From: an uncultured Solirubrobacteraceae bacterium
GTDB lineage: Bacteria > Actinomycetota > Thermoleophilia > Solirubrobacterales > Solirubrobacteraceae
DNA: 64,000 nt
Direction of reading: 5' to 3'
Assembly (NCBI GenBank): GCA_964422115.1
Contig: CAYQZU010000010.1
Coordinates: forward strand, 16,646 to 80,645
This document shows, piece after piece, positions 27,636-38,950 of this stretch. The position numbers and the translations under genes are program-made. How positions within the stretch are numbered: position 1 is the first letter of the stretch; each line of letters opens with the position of its first letter. Below the pieces are notes generated by a model. That model worked only from the letters and a program-made list of their open reading frames with translations. It made no database searches and was not told where the DNA came from.

Positions 27636-27764
27636 CTGTGCGCCTCCACGGTGCGTCGTCTGACGGTGTGGTAGAGGCCATCAGCGGCAACTGCCGCGGT
27701 TATGGAGCGAGCCTCATCGCTCAGCCGGCATCGTAGCGCGGATCAGAGCGACGGGAGGGCGCAG

Positions 27765-28274
27765 CTACCAGGAGCCGTCGCGGCAGGCGCCGCTCGCCGT
27801 CCCCGTGCACGTCTGCGTCGGCGTGCCGGTTGCCGATTCGCCCAGGCTGAACGTGTCGCCGCTGATCGAGGTGGCGGTGACCGTGTAGCCGGCGCCGCTG
27901 TCAAGCACGATGACGCCGCTTGCCGGGTCTACGTAGGGCTTGCCCGCCCCGGGCGCGAATTGAAGCGTGGGATCGAGCGCCCCGAGCGCTGTTGCGGTCA
28001 TGCCGCTGTAGTTCCCGTTGTTGTTGTTGCCAAACGTCGTCGCCGCCGTGGAGGTGGCCTGCGCGAGCATCTGCGCTGCCTGGTCGGCGCGAATCGCGAC
28101 CGCCGCCTCTGCGGTCGCTCCCGTACTCGACGTTGATGACGGCGGCGAGGTGGAATGTGTCGGTGGCGGGGGCTTCAGCTTGACCGCGACGGTCTTCGTG
28201 CCGCAGCCGGCGGCGACGAGCGCGCCCGCCAGCATCGTTGCGAAGGTTGCGCTGCGCGCCAAGCGAGTCCTCAT
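27765..28274 (-). CDS. lipoprotein, unknown function
   Basis: ATG 28274 gives MRTRLARSATFATMLAGALVAAGCG (lipobox), then a Pro/Ser/Thr linker. Same strand as the hybrid kinase and downstream of it. Confidence 0.65.
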   Translation of the reverse strand: MRTRLARSATFATMLAGALVAAGCGTKTVAVKLKPPPPTHSTSPPSSTSSTGATAEAAVAIRADQAAQMLAQATSTAATTFGNNNNGNYSGMTATALGALDPTLQFAPGAGKPYVDPASGVIVLDSGAGYTVTATSISGDTFSLGESATGTPTQTCTGTASGACRDGSW

Positions 28275-28454
28275 CGGATCCGACGGGGCCGATGGGCGGC
28301 GGGACTGGATTCGGTGCGGCGCGCTGATCGCGACGTTGCCATGCTCACGGTTTCCCCACGGCGAGGCGTCCCCCTCCCGACGCAACGAACTCCTCAGAGC
28401 TCTGACCGACGGTGGCCCACCTCGGCCGCAGCTTGCACGCGGCGCCGGCCGTAC

Positions 28455-30743
<2,289 letters not shown>

Positions 30744-30991
30744 ACGGGACTATCGGTGCGTCACAGAGCCCGCTTTAGGGTTGCACCGCGCGTCGTGAGG
30801 AGCTGCCAGCGGCTGTCAAACCCCGCGCGCCCCAAAGCGCCTCCTGACCTGCATCGAACCCCGATCTCGCCCTACGCAGCGCCATCGCACCAACCGTTAG
30901 CGCAGCGGTCTCGTCGGGCGCCACTGCACCATCCCGCCCACTGGACATCTGTTCGAGCCCGCCGCGCCACGCTGTTACCCTCGCTTGGAGG

Positions 30992-31936
30992 ATGCGAGCC
31001 TCGATCGCCCTCGCCGCGTCGCTGCTGGTCGTCGCGTTCACCGCGGCGGGCTTCGCGATCGCCTCGCCCGCCGCCTACCCGCTGGGGCGCGGCGATGGTC
31101 GGTGCAATGTTTTCCCGCCCGCCAACCCGTGGCACGAGAACGTGGCAAGCCTCCCGCTGAGCCCGCTGTCGAGCGAGTACATCGCTTCGATCGGCGCCGG
31201 GCTCGACCTGCACCCGGACTTCGGGCACGAGCGGACCTACGGCATCCCCTATGCGGTCGTGCCGGCGACGCAGCCGAAGGTTGCAATCCATTTCACGGCT
31301 TACGGCGACCAATCCGATCCGGGGCCGTACCCGATCCCGCGCGGGGCGCCGATCGAGGGCGGCCAGGGTGCGAGCGGCGATCGGCACGTGCTGGTCCTGC
31401 AGAAGCACACGTGCAAACTCTACGAGCTCTACGACGCGCACCAGCTCCCGGACGGTTCGTGGGACGCGGCGTCGGGCGCGGTCTTCAACCTCCGGTCCCA
31501 CAAGCTGCGCCCGGACGGTTGGACGTCGGCTGACGCCGCCGGTCTCTCGATCTTCGCCGGGCTGATCCGCTACGACGAGATCAAGCGCGGGTACATCGAT
31601 CACGCGATCCGCTTCACAGTGCGCCAGACACAGGCCGGCTTCATCCACCCGGCGACCCACTTCGCCTCCAGCCAAACCAACCCCGCACTGCCGCCGATGG
31701 GCCTGCGCCTGCGACTCCAGGCGAGCTACCCGATCGCCGGCTTCCCGCGGACCGACAGGATCATCCTTCAGGCGATGAAGACCTACGGCCTGATCGTCGC
31801 CGACAACGGCAGCCCGTGGTTCTTCCAGGGCGCCACCGACCCGCGCTGGAACGACAACGTGCTCGACGCGCTGAAGACAGTTCCCGGCAGCGCCTTTGAG
31901 GTCGTCGAGACAGGTCCGATCCTCCGTGCCGGCTAG
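30992..31936 (+). CDS. secreted conserved protein of unknown function
   Basis: GGAGG RBS and signal peptide MRASIALAASLLVVAFTAAGFAIA. Well-ordered globular sequence with high GC3. I recognise no named domain. Confidence 0.75.
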   Translation: MRASIALAASLLVVAFTAAGFAIASPAAYPLGRGDGRCNVFPPANPWHENVASLPLSPLSSEYIASIGAGLDLHPDFGHERTYGIPYAVVPATQPKVAIHFTAYGDQSDPGPYPIPRGAPIEGGQGASGDRHVLVLQKHTCKLYELYDAHQLPDGSWDAASGAVFNLRSHKLRPDGWTSADAAGLSIFAGLIRYDEIKRGYIDHAIRFTVRQTQAGFIHPATHFASSQTNPALPPMGLRLRLQASYPIAGFPRTDRIILQAMKTYGLIVADNGSPWFFQGATDPRWNDNVLDALKTVPGSAFEVVETGPILRAG

Positions 31937-32039
31937 CTCGTCGGCGGCAGGAGAGCGCGCGGCTACGCTGAAGCGCACACTGTGAGGCCACCGGGGGCGC
32001 GAATGTTGTTCGGCCGGGAGCGCGCGTGACGGGTCCGCC

Positions 32040-32735
32040 GTGTTCGTGATCGTTTGGCTGGCGCGACGGCTCGTGCTCCTCGTCCTGCTGCTCGCGATCC
32101 CGGCGGTCGCGGGTGAGTTGATCGCCCGCAAGCTCGTCAGCGATACCGTCGGGGGCAAGGTGACCGCGCAGTTCGGCGGCAAGCCATCGGTCGACTTCGG
32201 CTCTACGCCGCTGCTACTGCAGCTGCTGCGTGGTCGCGTAAACCTGAGCGTCAGCGAGCCCGACGCCAGCGTCGCGGGCCTGCCGCCCGTGGCGCTCCAC
32301 GCGGACTTCGAGAACATCCGCGTGACGTCGCTGCTCGGCCTGCACGGGGTGATCGGCACCGTTACGGCCCATGCGACGCTCGGCCCCAAGGGCGTCGGTC
32401 GGCTGCTCCTCCAAAGCGGCTGCGCGGGGGCTCTCCCGGTCGGCATGCGGTCGGCCCTGAGCGCCGGTTCACGGATCGTGATCGGCGCCGGCCACATGAC
32501 CGTCCTGGCACGCCGTGGCGCTCAGCGGGCGCGAATTGTGCCGACGGCGATTGGCGGACGCGTCGCGTTCAACGTCGTAGGCGCGTCCGCGGGCTCCGCG
32601 CCGCCGGCCGGAGGGTCGGGGTGCGTCGCAACCCTTGGAGGCCTTCCATTCAACCTCTCGCTCGCGTCGGCGATCGCCGACGGCGGGGTCCTCGACCTCG
32701 CGTTCACAGGGCGGGGCGCGCGCTTTTCCGGCTGA
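32040..32735 (+). CDS. DUF2993/LmeA-like membrane-anchored protein
   Basis: An N-terminal TM helix, followed by ELIARKLVSDTVGGKVTAQFGG.PSVDFGSTPLLLQLLRGRV, which is typical of the DUF2993 (LmeA) family. Confidence 0.65.
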   Translation: MFVIVWLARRLVLLVLLLAIPAVAGELIARKLVSDTVGGKVTAQFGGKPSVDFGSTPLLLQLLRGRVNLSVSEPDASVAGLPPVALHADFENIRVTSLLGLHGVIGTVTAHATLGPKGVGRLLLQSGCAGALPVGMRSALSAGSRIVIGAGHMTVLARRGAQRARIVPTAIGGRVAFNVVGASAGSAPPAGGSGCVATLGGLPFNLSLASAIADGGVLDLAFTGRGARFSG

Positions 32736-32926
32736 GCCGGGGTAGCCTTCGCGGCGTGGAACAAAGGTTCGGTTCACGCGGCCGACGCCACGCGTCAACC
32801 GGGCGCGCACGACTCCGCGCTCCCGACGCCACCCGCCCCGGTGCGCCGGCGCGCCCGCAGGAGGCGCCACGGAGCAGGCGCGCTTCGCGGCCGGCACGCA
32901 TCACCACGCCGCGCGTCCTCGTTCTC

Positions 32927-33148
32927 GTGCGCTACGTCCTGCCGGCGGCGATCATTCTCGCCGGCGGCGTCGCTCTGCTCTGGGGCACCGAGGACTCCTT
33001 CTACGGAGGCGTCAGCCTGATCGGCGCCGGCATGTCGGTGTGGCTGATTAGCTGGGCCTACCGGGTCGGTGTGAACGGCGACCGTGACCGTGACACCGAG
33101 GATCAGGCGCGGCGCTACTTCGACCGCTTCGGGCGTTGGCCCGATTAG
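32927..33148 (+). CDS. small two-TM membrane protein
   Basis: GTG 32927 gives VRYVLPAAIILAGGVALLWG...VSLIGAGMSVWLISWAY. The upstream part of listed ORF 32621..33148 is Arg/Pro-rich and implausible. Start uncertain. Confidence 0.35.
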   Translation: MRYVLPAAIILAGGVALLWGTEDSFYGGVSLIGAGMSVWLISWAYRVGVNGDRDRDTEDQARRYFDRFGRWPD

Positions 33149-33332
33149 GACCGCTGGTCAGACGAGCGTCGCCGCCCGCGGCTGGTGATGGCGTGCTCGG
33201 CCGACCAGTCGAGGCCCGCTGCGCCAAGCAGTTCCACGAGCTCCGGCGCCGCCTTGGCAAGGCTCTCGCCGCGGCTGGCGTCGAGGTCGTGGCCGCTCCG
33301 AGGCGGGCGGACCGAGCCGGCCGCCTCGATCG

Positions 33333-34409
33333 CTAGCGGTTCCAGCTCGCGTCGGCGCCGTGTCCCGCCAGCACGGTCGGCCTGCCGCCGCCCCACGGGA
33401 CCGCCTCGACCGATGTCGCGTTCCCCTCGAACCCGTTCGTCAGGAGCACCGCCGTGCCGTCGCGTGAGATCGCGTCCGCGATGTTCCCGTCCCTGATGCC
33501 GTTCAGGGGTCGGGGGGACACGCTAGGCTGCGAGAGGTCGACTGTCCACGCCGCGCTGGTATCGGTGCCCTCGAAGTCGGCCAGCAGGTGGCGGCCGTCG
33601 GCGGAGATCGCGGTCGGAACGAGGCCTTCGACGAGCGGCCCGACGGACATGTGGGTGAGCTGACGCGCGCCGGAGCCGTTCGGCGAGATCGACCAGAGTT
33701 GGTTGATCGGTGCTTCCTGGGACCCGCGCGAGCGCGCGCGAACGAACACGATCGACCGCGGGCCCCAGATGGGATCCGAAGAGGCGCCGTCGTGGGTGAT
33801 CTGTACGCTCGGCCCGCCGCTCGCGAGCTTCACGAAGAGGTTGACCTGCGACCCGACACGTAACGATTTCGCGAGCCCGTAGACGACATCGTACGAGTCG
33901 TGCGGCGCGAAGCTCGCGCCCTCGACCAACCCGCGTGCGAGCACGGTCGATCTGCCGTTCGCGACGTTCACGATCATTAGCGGCCCGGTTTCGTCGCCGC
34001 CGGAGGCGAACGCGAGGACCAGCTTGGAGTCGCGCGACCAGCCGATCAGCTCGAGGTAACCGTGCTCGCGCAGGAGCTTGCGAGCGGGGCCTGCGTGCTG
34101 GGAGTAGAGCAGCAGCTGCGAGGAGCTGTTGCTCTGCGGCCCGACCGACGCCACCACAGCCACGGAACTACCGGACGGGGAGACCAGGGCGGTCATCCCG
34201 GCGCCGAGACGTCGCGGGCGCGAGCCGTCGACGCCTGCGATCTCGACGCTCGGATGGAGCGTGCGCGAGTTCGCGATGAACGTCAGCAGCGGCGTGTGTT
34301 CTGGCGAGCTCGCCTGTGCGAGGCCGTCGCCGAGCAGGGCGGCGCCCACGAGCATCGCGACCCCGACGCGGGCCCAGCGCTGCCGAACAGTGCCAAGTCC
34401 TCGCTGCAT
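33333..34409 (-). CDS. secreted TolB/PD40-like beta-propeller protein, paralog 1
   Basis: Signal peptide (ARVGVAMLVGAALLGDGLAQA). Repeated ...SPDG/SADG... strand patterns. Paralogous to the next two genes. C-terminal ASWNR. Confidence 0.75.
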   Translation of the reverse strand: MQRGLGTVRQRWARVGVAMLVGAALLGDGLAQASSPEHTPLLTFIANSRTLHPSVEIAGVDGSRPRRLGAGMTALVSPSGSSVAVVASVGPQSNSSSQLLLYSQHAGPARKLLREHGYLELIGWSRDSKLVLAFASGGDETGPLMIVNVANGRSTVLARGLVEGASFAPHDSYDVVYGLAKSLRVGSQVNLFVKLASGGPSVQITHDGASSDPIWGPRSIVFVRARSRGSQEAPINQLWSISPNGSGARQLTHMSVGPLVEGLVPTAISADGRHLLADFEGTDTSAAWTVDLSQPSVSPRPLNGIRDGNIADAISRDGTAVLLTNGFEGNATSVEAVPWGGGRPTVLAGHGADASWNR

Positions 34410-34441
34410 GGCTGTGCCCTCCTCGCGCTCCACGACCGGAC

Positions 34442-35545
34442 CTAACCGTTCCAGCTCGGGTCGCTACCCGCTGCGATCACGTGCGCCCGCGCGCCGGCCC
34501 AGGTCGTCGTCACGATCTCGCTCGTGCCGTTCGCGGCCCTTGCCCGGATCAGAAGCGCCCTGCCGCTGCGGGCGATCGTTGCGCTCAGGACCTTCGCGCC
34601 CACGAGTGTGACCTGCCTCGCTGCTGCCCGTCGATGCGTCAGGTCGATCGCGAGACTCGTGCGCTTGCCGGAGGGCGTGCGCAGATTTGCCACGATCCGT
34701 GTGCCGCTCTCCGAGATTGAGATCGCCATCGCGGTCCCGATCGCGCTCGGCGGGCCGGCCGCGAAATCGCCGACGCGATGTCCGGCGCTGCCCGGCTCGC
34801 GCACCCACAGAGCGTATAGCGGCGAGCGCGTCTCGCTGCCGAGCGTCAGAAGCTTGGCGTAGACGATGCCGCGCGGCCCCCAGGCGGGCCCGTAGGCGAG
34901 CCCGCTGTGGGTCAGCGCGCGCGTCGCCCGCCCGCCGGGGTCGGTCTCGTAGAGCAGTGACTGCCCCCGGTCCAGTTGCTCGACGGTCGCGCGCGAGTAG
35001 ACGAGCTTGTCCGCAAGCGATGGGGAGAAGCTCGCGCCGAGGAAGTTCCCGGTCGCGACCGTCACGATCCGTCCACTCGAGCAGTTCGCTACGAGGAGAG
35101 CTGTCTGCTCGCCGCCGCCGGTCACCTCGTCGGCGCTCAGCACCACGTAGCGGGAGTCGGCGGACCAGCCGAGCAGCCGCACTGTGTTCGGCGCCCAGCG
35201 AGGCGCCGCAAGCCGAGCGAGCGATCGCGCCACCTGGTGGCGAGTGCCGGTGAACAACTTCAGCGTCGTCGCCTGCGTCGACGCTGCGGTCGCGAGGACG
35301 CGCGCTCCGTCCGGCGCTATCAGTGCCTGCGACGCGGCACCGAGCGAGCGGGCGCCGCGGCCGTCGGGCGCTACGAGCATCAACCTTCCCGCGGTGCCCA
35401 GGTAGGTGAGCGCGATCCGCTCCGGGGTCGCGATTGTCCCCGTCTGCCCGCCACAGCTCGCGAGGGCAAGCGCAGTCGCCACGAGCGAGGCGCGCAGGAG
35501 CGTTGTGCGGGGCCGCGTCGAGCCGCGCCCGTTTGTGAGTGTCAA
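34442..35545 (-). CDS. TolB/PD40-like beta-propeller lipoprotein, paralog 2
   Basis: Only the C-terminal ~370 aa of listed ORF 34442..36955 are plausible. TTG 35545 (or GTG 35557) gives LTLTNGRGSTRPRTTLLRASLVATALALASCGG (lipobox). Ends in PSWNG. Confidence 0.7.
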   Translation of the reverse strand: MTLTNGRGSTRPRTTLLRASLVATALALASCGGQTGTIATPERIALTYLGTAGRLMLVAPDGRGARSLGAASQALIAPDGARVLATAASTQATTLKLFTGTRHQVARSLARLAAPRWAPNTVRLLGWSADSRYVVLSADEVTGGGEQTALLVANCSSGRIVTVATGNFLGASFSPSLADKLVYSRATVEQLDRGQSLLYETDPGGRATRALTHSGLAYGPAWGPRGIVYAKLLTLGSETRSPLYALWVREPGSAGHRVGDFAAGPPSAIGTAMAISISESGTRIVANLRTPSGKRTSLAIDLTHRRAAARQVTLVGAKVLSATIARSGRALLIRARAANGTSEIVTTTWAGARAHVIAAGSDPSWNG

Positions 35546-35604
35546 TCTGCCAGCCACCGTTCCGGCTCCTGCGGGACGGCGGATCGTATCCCGCTGCGCG
35601 GCAG

Positions 35605-36729
35605 CTACCGGTTCCAGCTCGCGAACGCGGCGTGCGCCGCGAGCACCGTGGGCGTGCCGCCGCTCCATGGCTCGACCTCGACCGATTGGCCGCTGAAGTC
35701 GCCGGGCGTTGCCGAGTCCGCGCCGTCGGTCAGGAGGATCACACGACCGTCGTGCGATAGCGCGTTGCCGATTGTGGTGGCCCCCGGCGCGCCGAGGGAC
35801 CGCGCCGCCAGTGGCTTGGCCCCCAGGTCGACCGCATAGGCCTCCGTCGCGGCGTTGCCGACGAGGTTTGCGAGAAGGTGCTTGCCGTCGGCCGAGACGG
35901 CAACGGGCACCAGGCCGTAAAACGGGGCGGTGACAGTCACGTTGGTCAGCGCTCGCAGATCGTGTCCGTTGGAGCGGACCTGCCACAGCTGGTAGCTCGT
36001 CGTCGTGTGCGAGGCCTCGCGCGAGAACACGATCCCGTAGGGGCCCCAAAGCGGATACTCGCTGAGGCCGTCGTGCGTCACCTGGCGCGCGCGTCCGCCG
36101 CTCAGCGGCACGACGTAGAGGTTCACAGTGGCGCTGACGAGCAGCGAGGTGGCCTTCGAGTAGACGAGTCGATCGGGGGCGGTCGGCGCAAAGCTCGCCC
36201 CGTTGATCGTCCCGGTCGCGATGACGCGCGCGCGACCTTTCAGCGGGATCACGACGAGCGAGGTCCCGTCGAGTGCTGCGATCCAGCGGCTGTCGGGCGA
36301 CCAGGCGAGGATCGTGATCTGTCCCGTGGAGCTGCGCACGCGCCGCGAGGTTGCGGGACTCTGCGACAGGCGGTACAAGACGAGCGTCGAGCCCATCGGC
36401 GGCGTGCCGCTGCCCGGGCTGACAGCTGCGACGAACTGGCCGTTCGGCGAAAGGACGGCAGTGCTCGCGCGGCCCAGAGGCTTGGGACTCCCGCCGTTGG
36501 TGGCCGCGACCATCACTTCGGCTCCGGTCGCCGGGGGGGTCGCGCCCGCGATGAATGTCATCCGCGCGGGCGCGCTGGCGATACCGGCGCGGGCAGGCAC
36601 GACACTGGCGGCGGGCCTGCGGGCCGTGCTGGCGGTGGCGAGCGCGCCGGCGAAAACAAGCGATGCGAGGATCGCGCCGGCGCACGCCAGCGAGAGACAG
36701 CCAGGCATTCTGCTCGGCCGGATCCCCAT
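35605..36729 (-). CDS. secreted TolB/PD40-like beta-propeller protein, paralog 3
   Basis: Signal/TM CLSLACAGAILASLVFAGALATA. Strong similarity to paralog 1 (GASFAP, THDG, WGP..IVF, SADGKHLLAN, ASWNR). Start is ATG 36729, or alternatively 36708 or 36765. Confidence 0.75.
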   Translation of the reverse strand: MGIRPSRMPGCLSLACAGAILASLVFAGALATASTARRPAASVVPARAGIASAPARMTFIAGATPPATGAEVMVAATNGGSPKPLGRASTAVLSPNGQFVAAVSPGSGTPPMGSTLVLYRLSQSPATSRRVRSSTGQITILAWSPDSRWIAALDGTSLVVIPLKGRARVIATGTINGASFAPTAPDRLVYSKATSLLVSATVNLYVVPLSGGRARQVTHDGLSEYPLWGPYGIVFSREASHTTTSYQLWQVRSNGHDLRALTNVTVTAPFYGLVPVAVSADGKHLLANLVGNAATEAYAVDLGAKPLAARSLGAPGATTIGNALSHDGRVILLTDGADSATPGDFSGQSVEVEPWSGGTPTVLAAHAAFASWNR

Positions 36730-36881
36730 CGCCTTCCTCCTGCCATCCAAGATCGTTACCAGCAACCGCCGCCCCCATCGTACGCAGCGGCTGGACGGCG
36801 TGTCGCGGTAGGAGCCTCGCGCGACTACAGTTTCGCCCGCATGCTCGCTCCCGCGCGCCGGCTACAGTCAACTCGCGCCTG

Positions 36882-37529
36882 ATGGCGCGGCGAGGCACGC
36901 CCCAAGCCGTGCGCCCAGCGGCGCCACCGGCCGCCGAGCGTCGGCTCGCACGCACCGGCGCCGCCGTACTGTTCGCGGTCGCAGCGGCGTTCTTCGCCGG
37001 CTACCTCGTAGCGCCTCGCGGCCACGGCGGCCTGGTTCTCGAGACTGATCGCGGAGGCAACCTCTGGGCGCTCGTGCCGACCGGTTGGATGGACGCGAAC
37101 CGCGTCGCCCCCTACGGCACGGAGCTCGACAGCTGGTTTGACCCGGGCGATCCCGTCTCGAGCGAGACCGTGCTCGCGCGGCGCCCCGCGACCGCGACGC
37201 CGGCGCAGCGGGCCACTACGCGCGCTGGCGAACTGCACGCTCTCGACGGCTACGTCCAGTCCTACCTCGGTCCGGTCACGTTCCCGGGCGGTCGGCGGGT
37301 GTACCTGCTCCAGTACGCGCTCGGCGGCGTCTACACCGGGGTCTTCGAATTCGACGCCTGCACGGCGCCAGCGGTCGCGGTGACCGTGACGATCGACGCT
37401 GCGACCCAGGGCAAGCTGAGCAGCGAGGAGAACTCTCTACCGGAGGGCGCCGAGCCGGTCTGCGATGGCTCCGCCTTCACTTCGCCCGATCGCGCCCATC
37501 TAGCGATCCCGCTTCACTTTCCGGCCTGA
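36882..37529 (+). CDS. membrane-anchored protein, unknown function
   Basis: ATG 36882 gives MARRGTPQ..., followed by a TM helix (AAVLFAVAAAFFAGYLVA) and an extracytoplasmic domain. The upstream part of listed ORF 36555..37529 overlaps the paralog-3 gene and is Arg-rich. Confidence 0.55.
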   Translation: MARRGTPQAVRPAAPPAAERRLARTGAAVLFAVAAAFFAGYLVAPRGHGGLVLETDRGGNLWALVPTGWMDANRVAPYGTELDSWFDPGDPVSSETVLARRPATATPAQRATTRAGELHALDGYVQSYLGPVTFPGGRRVYLLQYALGGVYTGVFEFDACTAPAVAVTVTIDAATQGKLSSEENSLPEGAEPVCDGSAFTSPDRAHLAIPLHFPA

Positions 37530-38472
37530 CGCGCTCCGCGAACCCCCGCAGAGCCGCGTTGAAGCGCAGCGGCCGTTCGGCCATCGGGATGTGCCCGGTG
37601 TCCTCGAACACAACGAGTTCAGAGCCCACGATCATCTGCGCGAGCGCCTCGCTGTCCGAACACGGGATCAGGACGTCGTCACGTCCGTGTACGACGAGTG
37701 TCGGCGCGCGAATCTCACCGAGCTCGCTGCTCACGTCGTGCAGACTCAGCGCGGCGAGCGCGCCCGCAGCGCCTGGCGGGCGCGACTCGCCCGCCAACTC
37801 GACCAGCGTGTCGGGCGCGATGCGCGTTGGGTGGCGGAGCAACGCCGACCACAGCAGGTGCCGGGCGCGAGGACGTGCGACCGCGCCGGTGTGTCCGCGC
37901 AGCAGCGAGCCGGCTATGCGCCCACCGGCGACGAGCGCGAGCTGTGCCGTACGCGAGTCGAGGTCAGCCGGCGTGAGGCACGCCGCGGACACGAACGCGA
38001 GCGCGCCGACCCGCGCGGGGAAGCGGAGCGCGAACTCGGCGACGACGCTCCCGCCGAGCGAGTTGCCGACGACCAGCGGGGCCTCCAGTTCGAGCAGGTC
38101 GCAGACGCGTTCGAGGGTGTGCGCGTAACCCTCGATCGAGATCGGCTCGACTGGCATCTGAGAGCGCCCGAACCCGGGTAGGTCGATCGCGACGACGCGG
38201 CCGCGCTGGGCGAGTGGTGCGAGGTTCTCGATCCAGTTCTGCCAGCGGCCACCCAGGCCGTGAACAAGCAGGATCGGCATGCCGCAAGCCGTGCCGAGAT
38301 CGACGATGTGAATGCGCCGCGACTCCACGGTCACGGCACGCATGTGCTCCGCCCAGTGGACCGTGCGCCAGTCGGGCGCGTCGGTGCGACCGTAGTCGGC
38401 GCCGGCCGATCCGGCGGCCCACCAGCCTGTCGGACGCCCGCGCGCTGCAAGGATTCGACGATGAGGATCCAT
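37477..38472 (-). CDS. alpha/beta-fold hydrolase
   Basis: ILLVHGLGGRWQNW (oxyanion HG), nucleophile elbow GNSLGG, and a C-terminal DTGHIPM (His). ATG 38472. Confidence 0.85.
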   Translation of the reverse strand: MDPHRRILAARGRPTGWWAAGSAGADYGRTDAPDWRTVHWAEHMRAVTVESRRIHIVDLGTACGMPILLVHGLGGRWQNWIENLAPLAQRGRVVAIDLPGFGRSQMPVEPISIEGYAHTLERVCDLLELEAPLVVGNSLGGSVVAEFALRFPARVGALAFVSAACLTPADLDSRTAQLALVAGGRIAGSLLRGHTGAVARPRARHLLWSALLRHPTRIAPDTLVELAGESRPPGAAGALAALSLHDVSSELGEIRAPTLVVHGRDDVLIPCSDSEALAQMIVGSELVVFEDTGHIPMAERPLRFNAALRGFAERVRPESEAGSLDGRDRAK

Positions 38473-38519
38473 ACGGCGAAGCGTAGTTGGCGCGCCGCGC
38501 GCCGGGCAGGCGCGCACGC

Positions 38520-38822
38520 ATGACCCTCGAGCGCGCGCCGTGGTGGACGGTCCGCCCGGCCCAGAACCGCAAGCCCGCGACCTACCGCTGCCCGATCTGT
38601 GACCGCCTGCTGCCGTCGCTCAGCGATCACATGCTGCTGCTCCCGGAGGGCGACGCCTCGCGACGGCGCCACGCGCACACGGCCTGCGTTGTTCGCGCGC
38701 GCGCCGCCGGTCGCCTACCGTTGCGGGAGGACTGGCAGCGGACCCAGCCCCGGCCTCCGTCGTTCTGGCAACGTTTGCGTCAGCGCGCGCGCGCGGGCAG
38801 GGACGAACCGCCGAAGCGCTGA
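38520..38822 (+). CDS. small CxxC-containing conserved protein
   Basis: MTLERAPWWTVRPAQNRKPATYRCPICDRLLPSLSDHMLLLPEGDASRRRHAHTAC. Divergent from the hydrolase gene. Confidence 0.5.
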   Translation: MTLERAPWWTVRPAQNRKPATYRCPICDRLLPSLSDHMLLLPEGDASRRRHAHTACVVRARAAGRLPLREDWQRTQPRPPSFWQRLRQRARAGRDEPPKR

Positions 38823-38950
38823 ACACAGGGGTGAAGGTGGCCCCGCGCGCCCGCGTGGCCCCGCCCAACCACTTTGAGAGTGTCCGTGCAGGCATCCGAG
38901 CCGCCGATCCAAACGGGGACCCGTCGCGTTGTAGCAACAGAGCGAATCCG

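Noticed and set aside
30872-32497. A 541-aa minus-strand ORF spanning the secreted-protein and LmeA-like genes.
   Set aside because: Low-complexity Arg/Pro/Ala composition and no recognisable domain. The plus-strand genes have an RBS, signal peptides and family motifs.
35558-36955. The N-terminal ~470 aa of listed ORF 34442..36955 (837 aa).
   Set aside because: This part is antisense-frame noise overlapping the well-supported paralog-3 gene (35605..36729). The plausible protein starts at the lipoprotein signal near 35545/35557.
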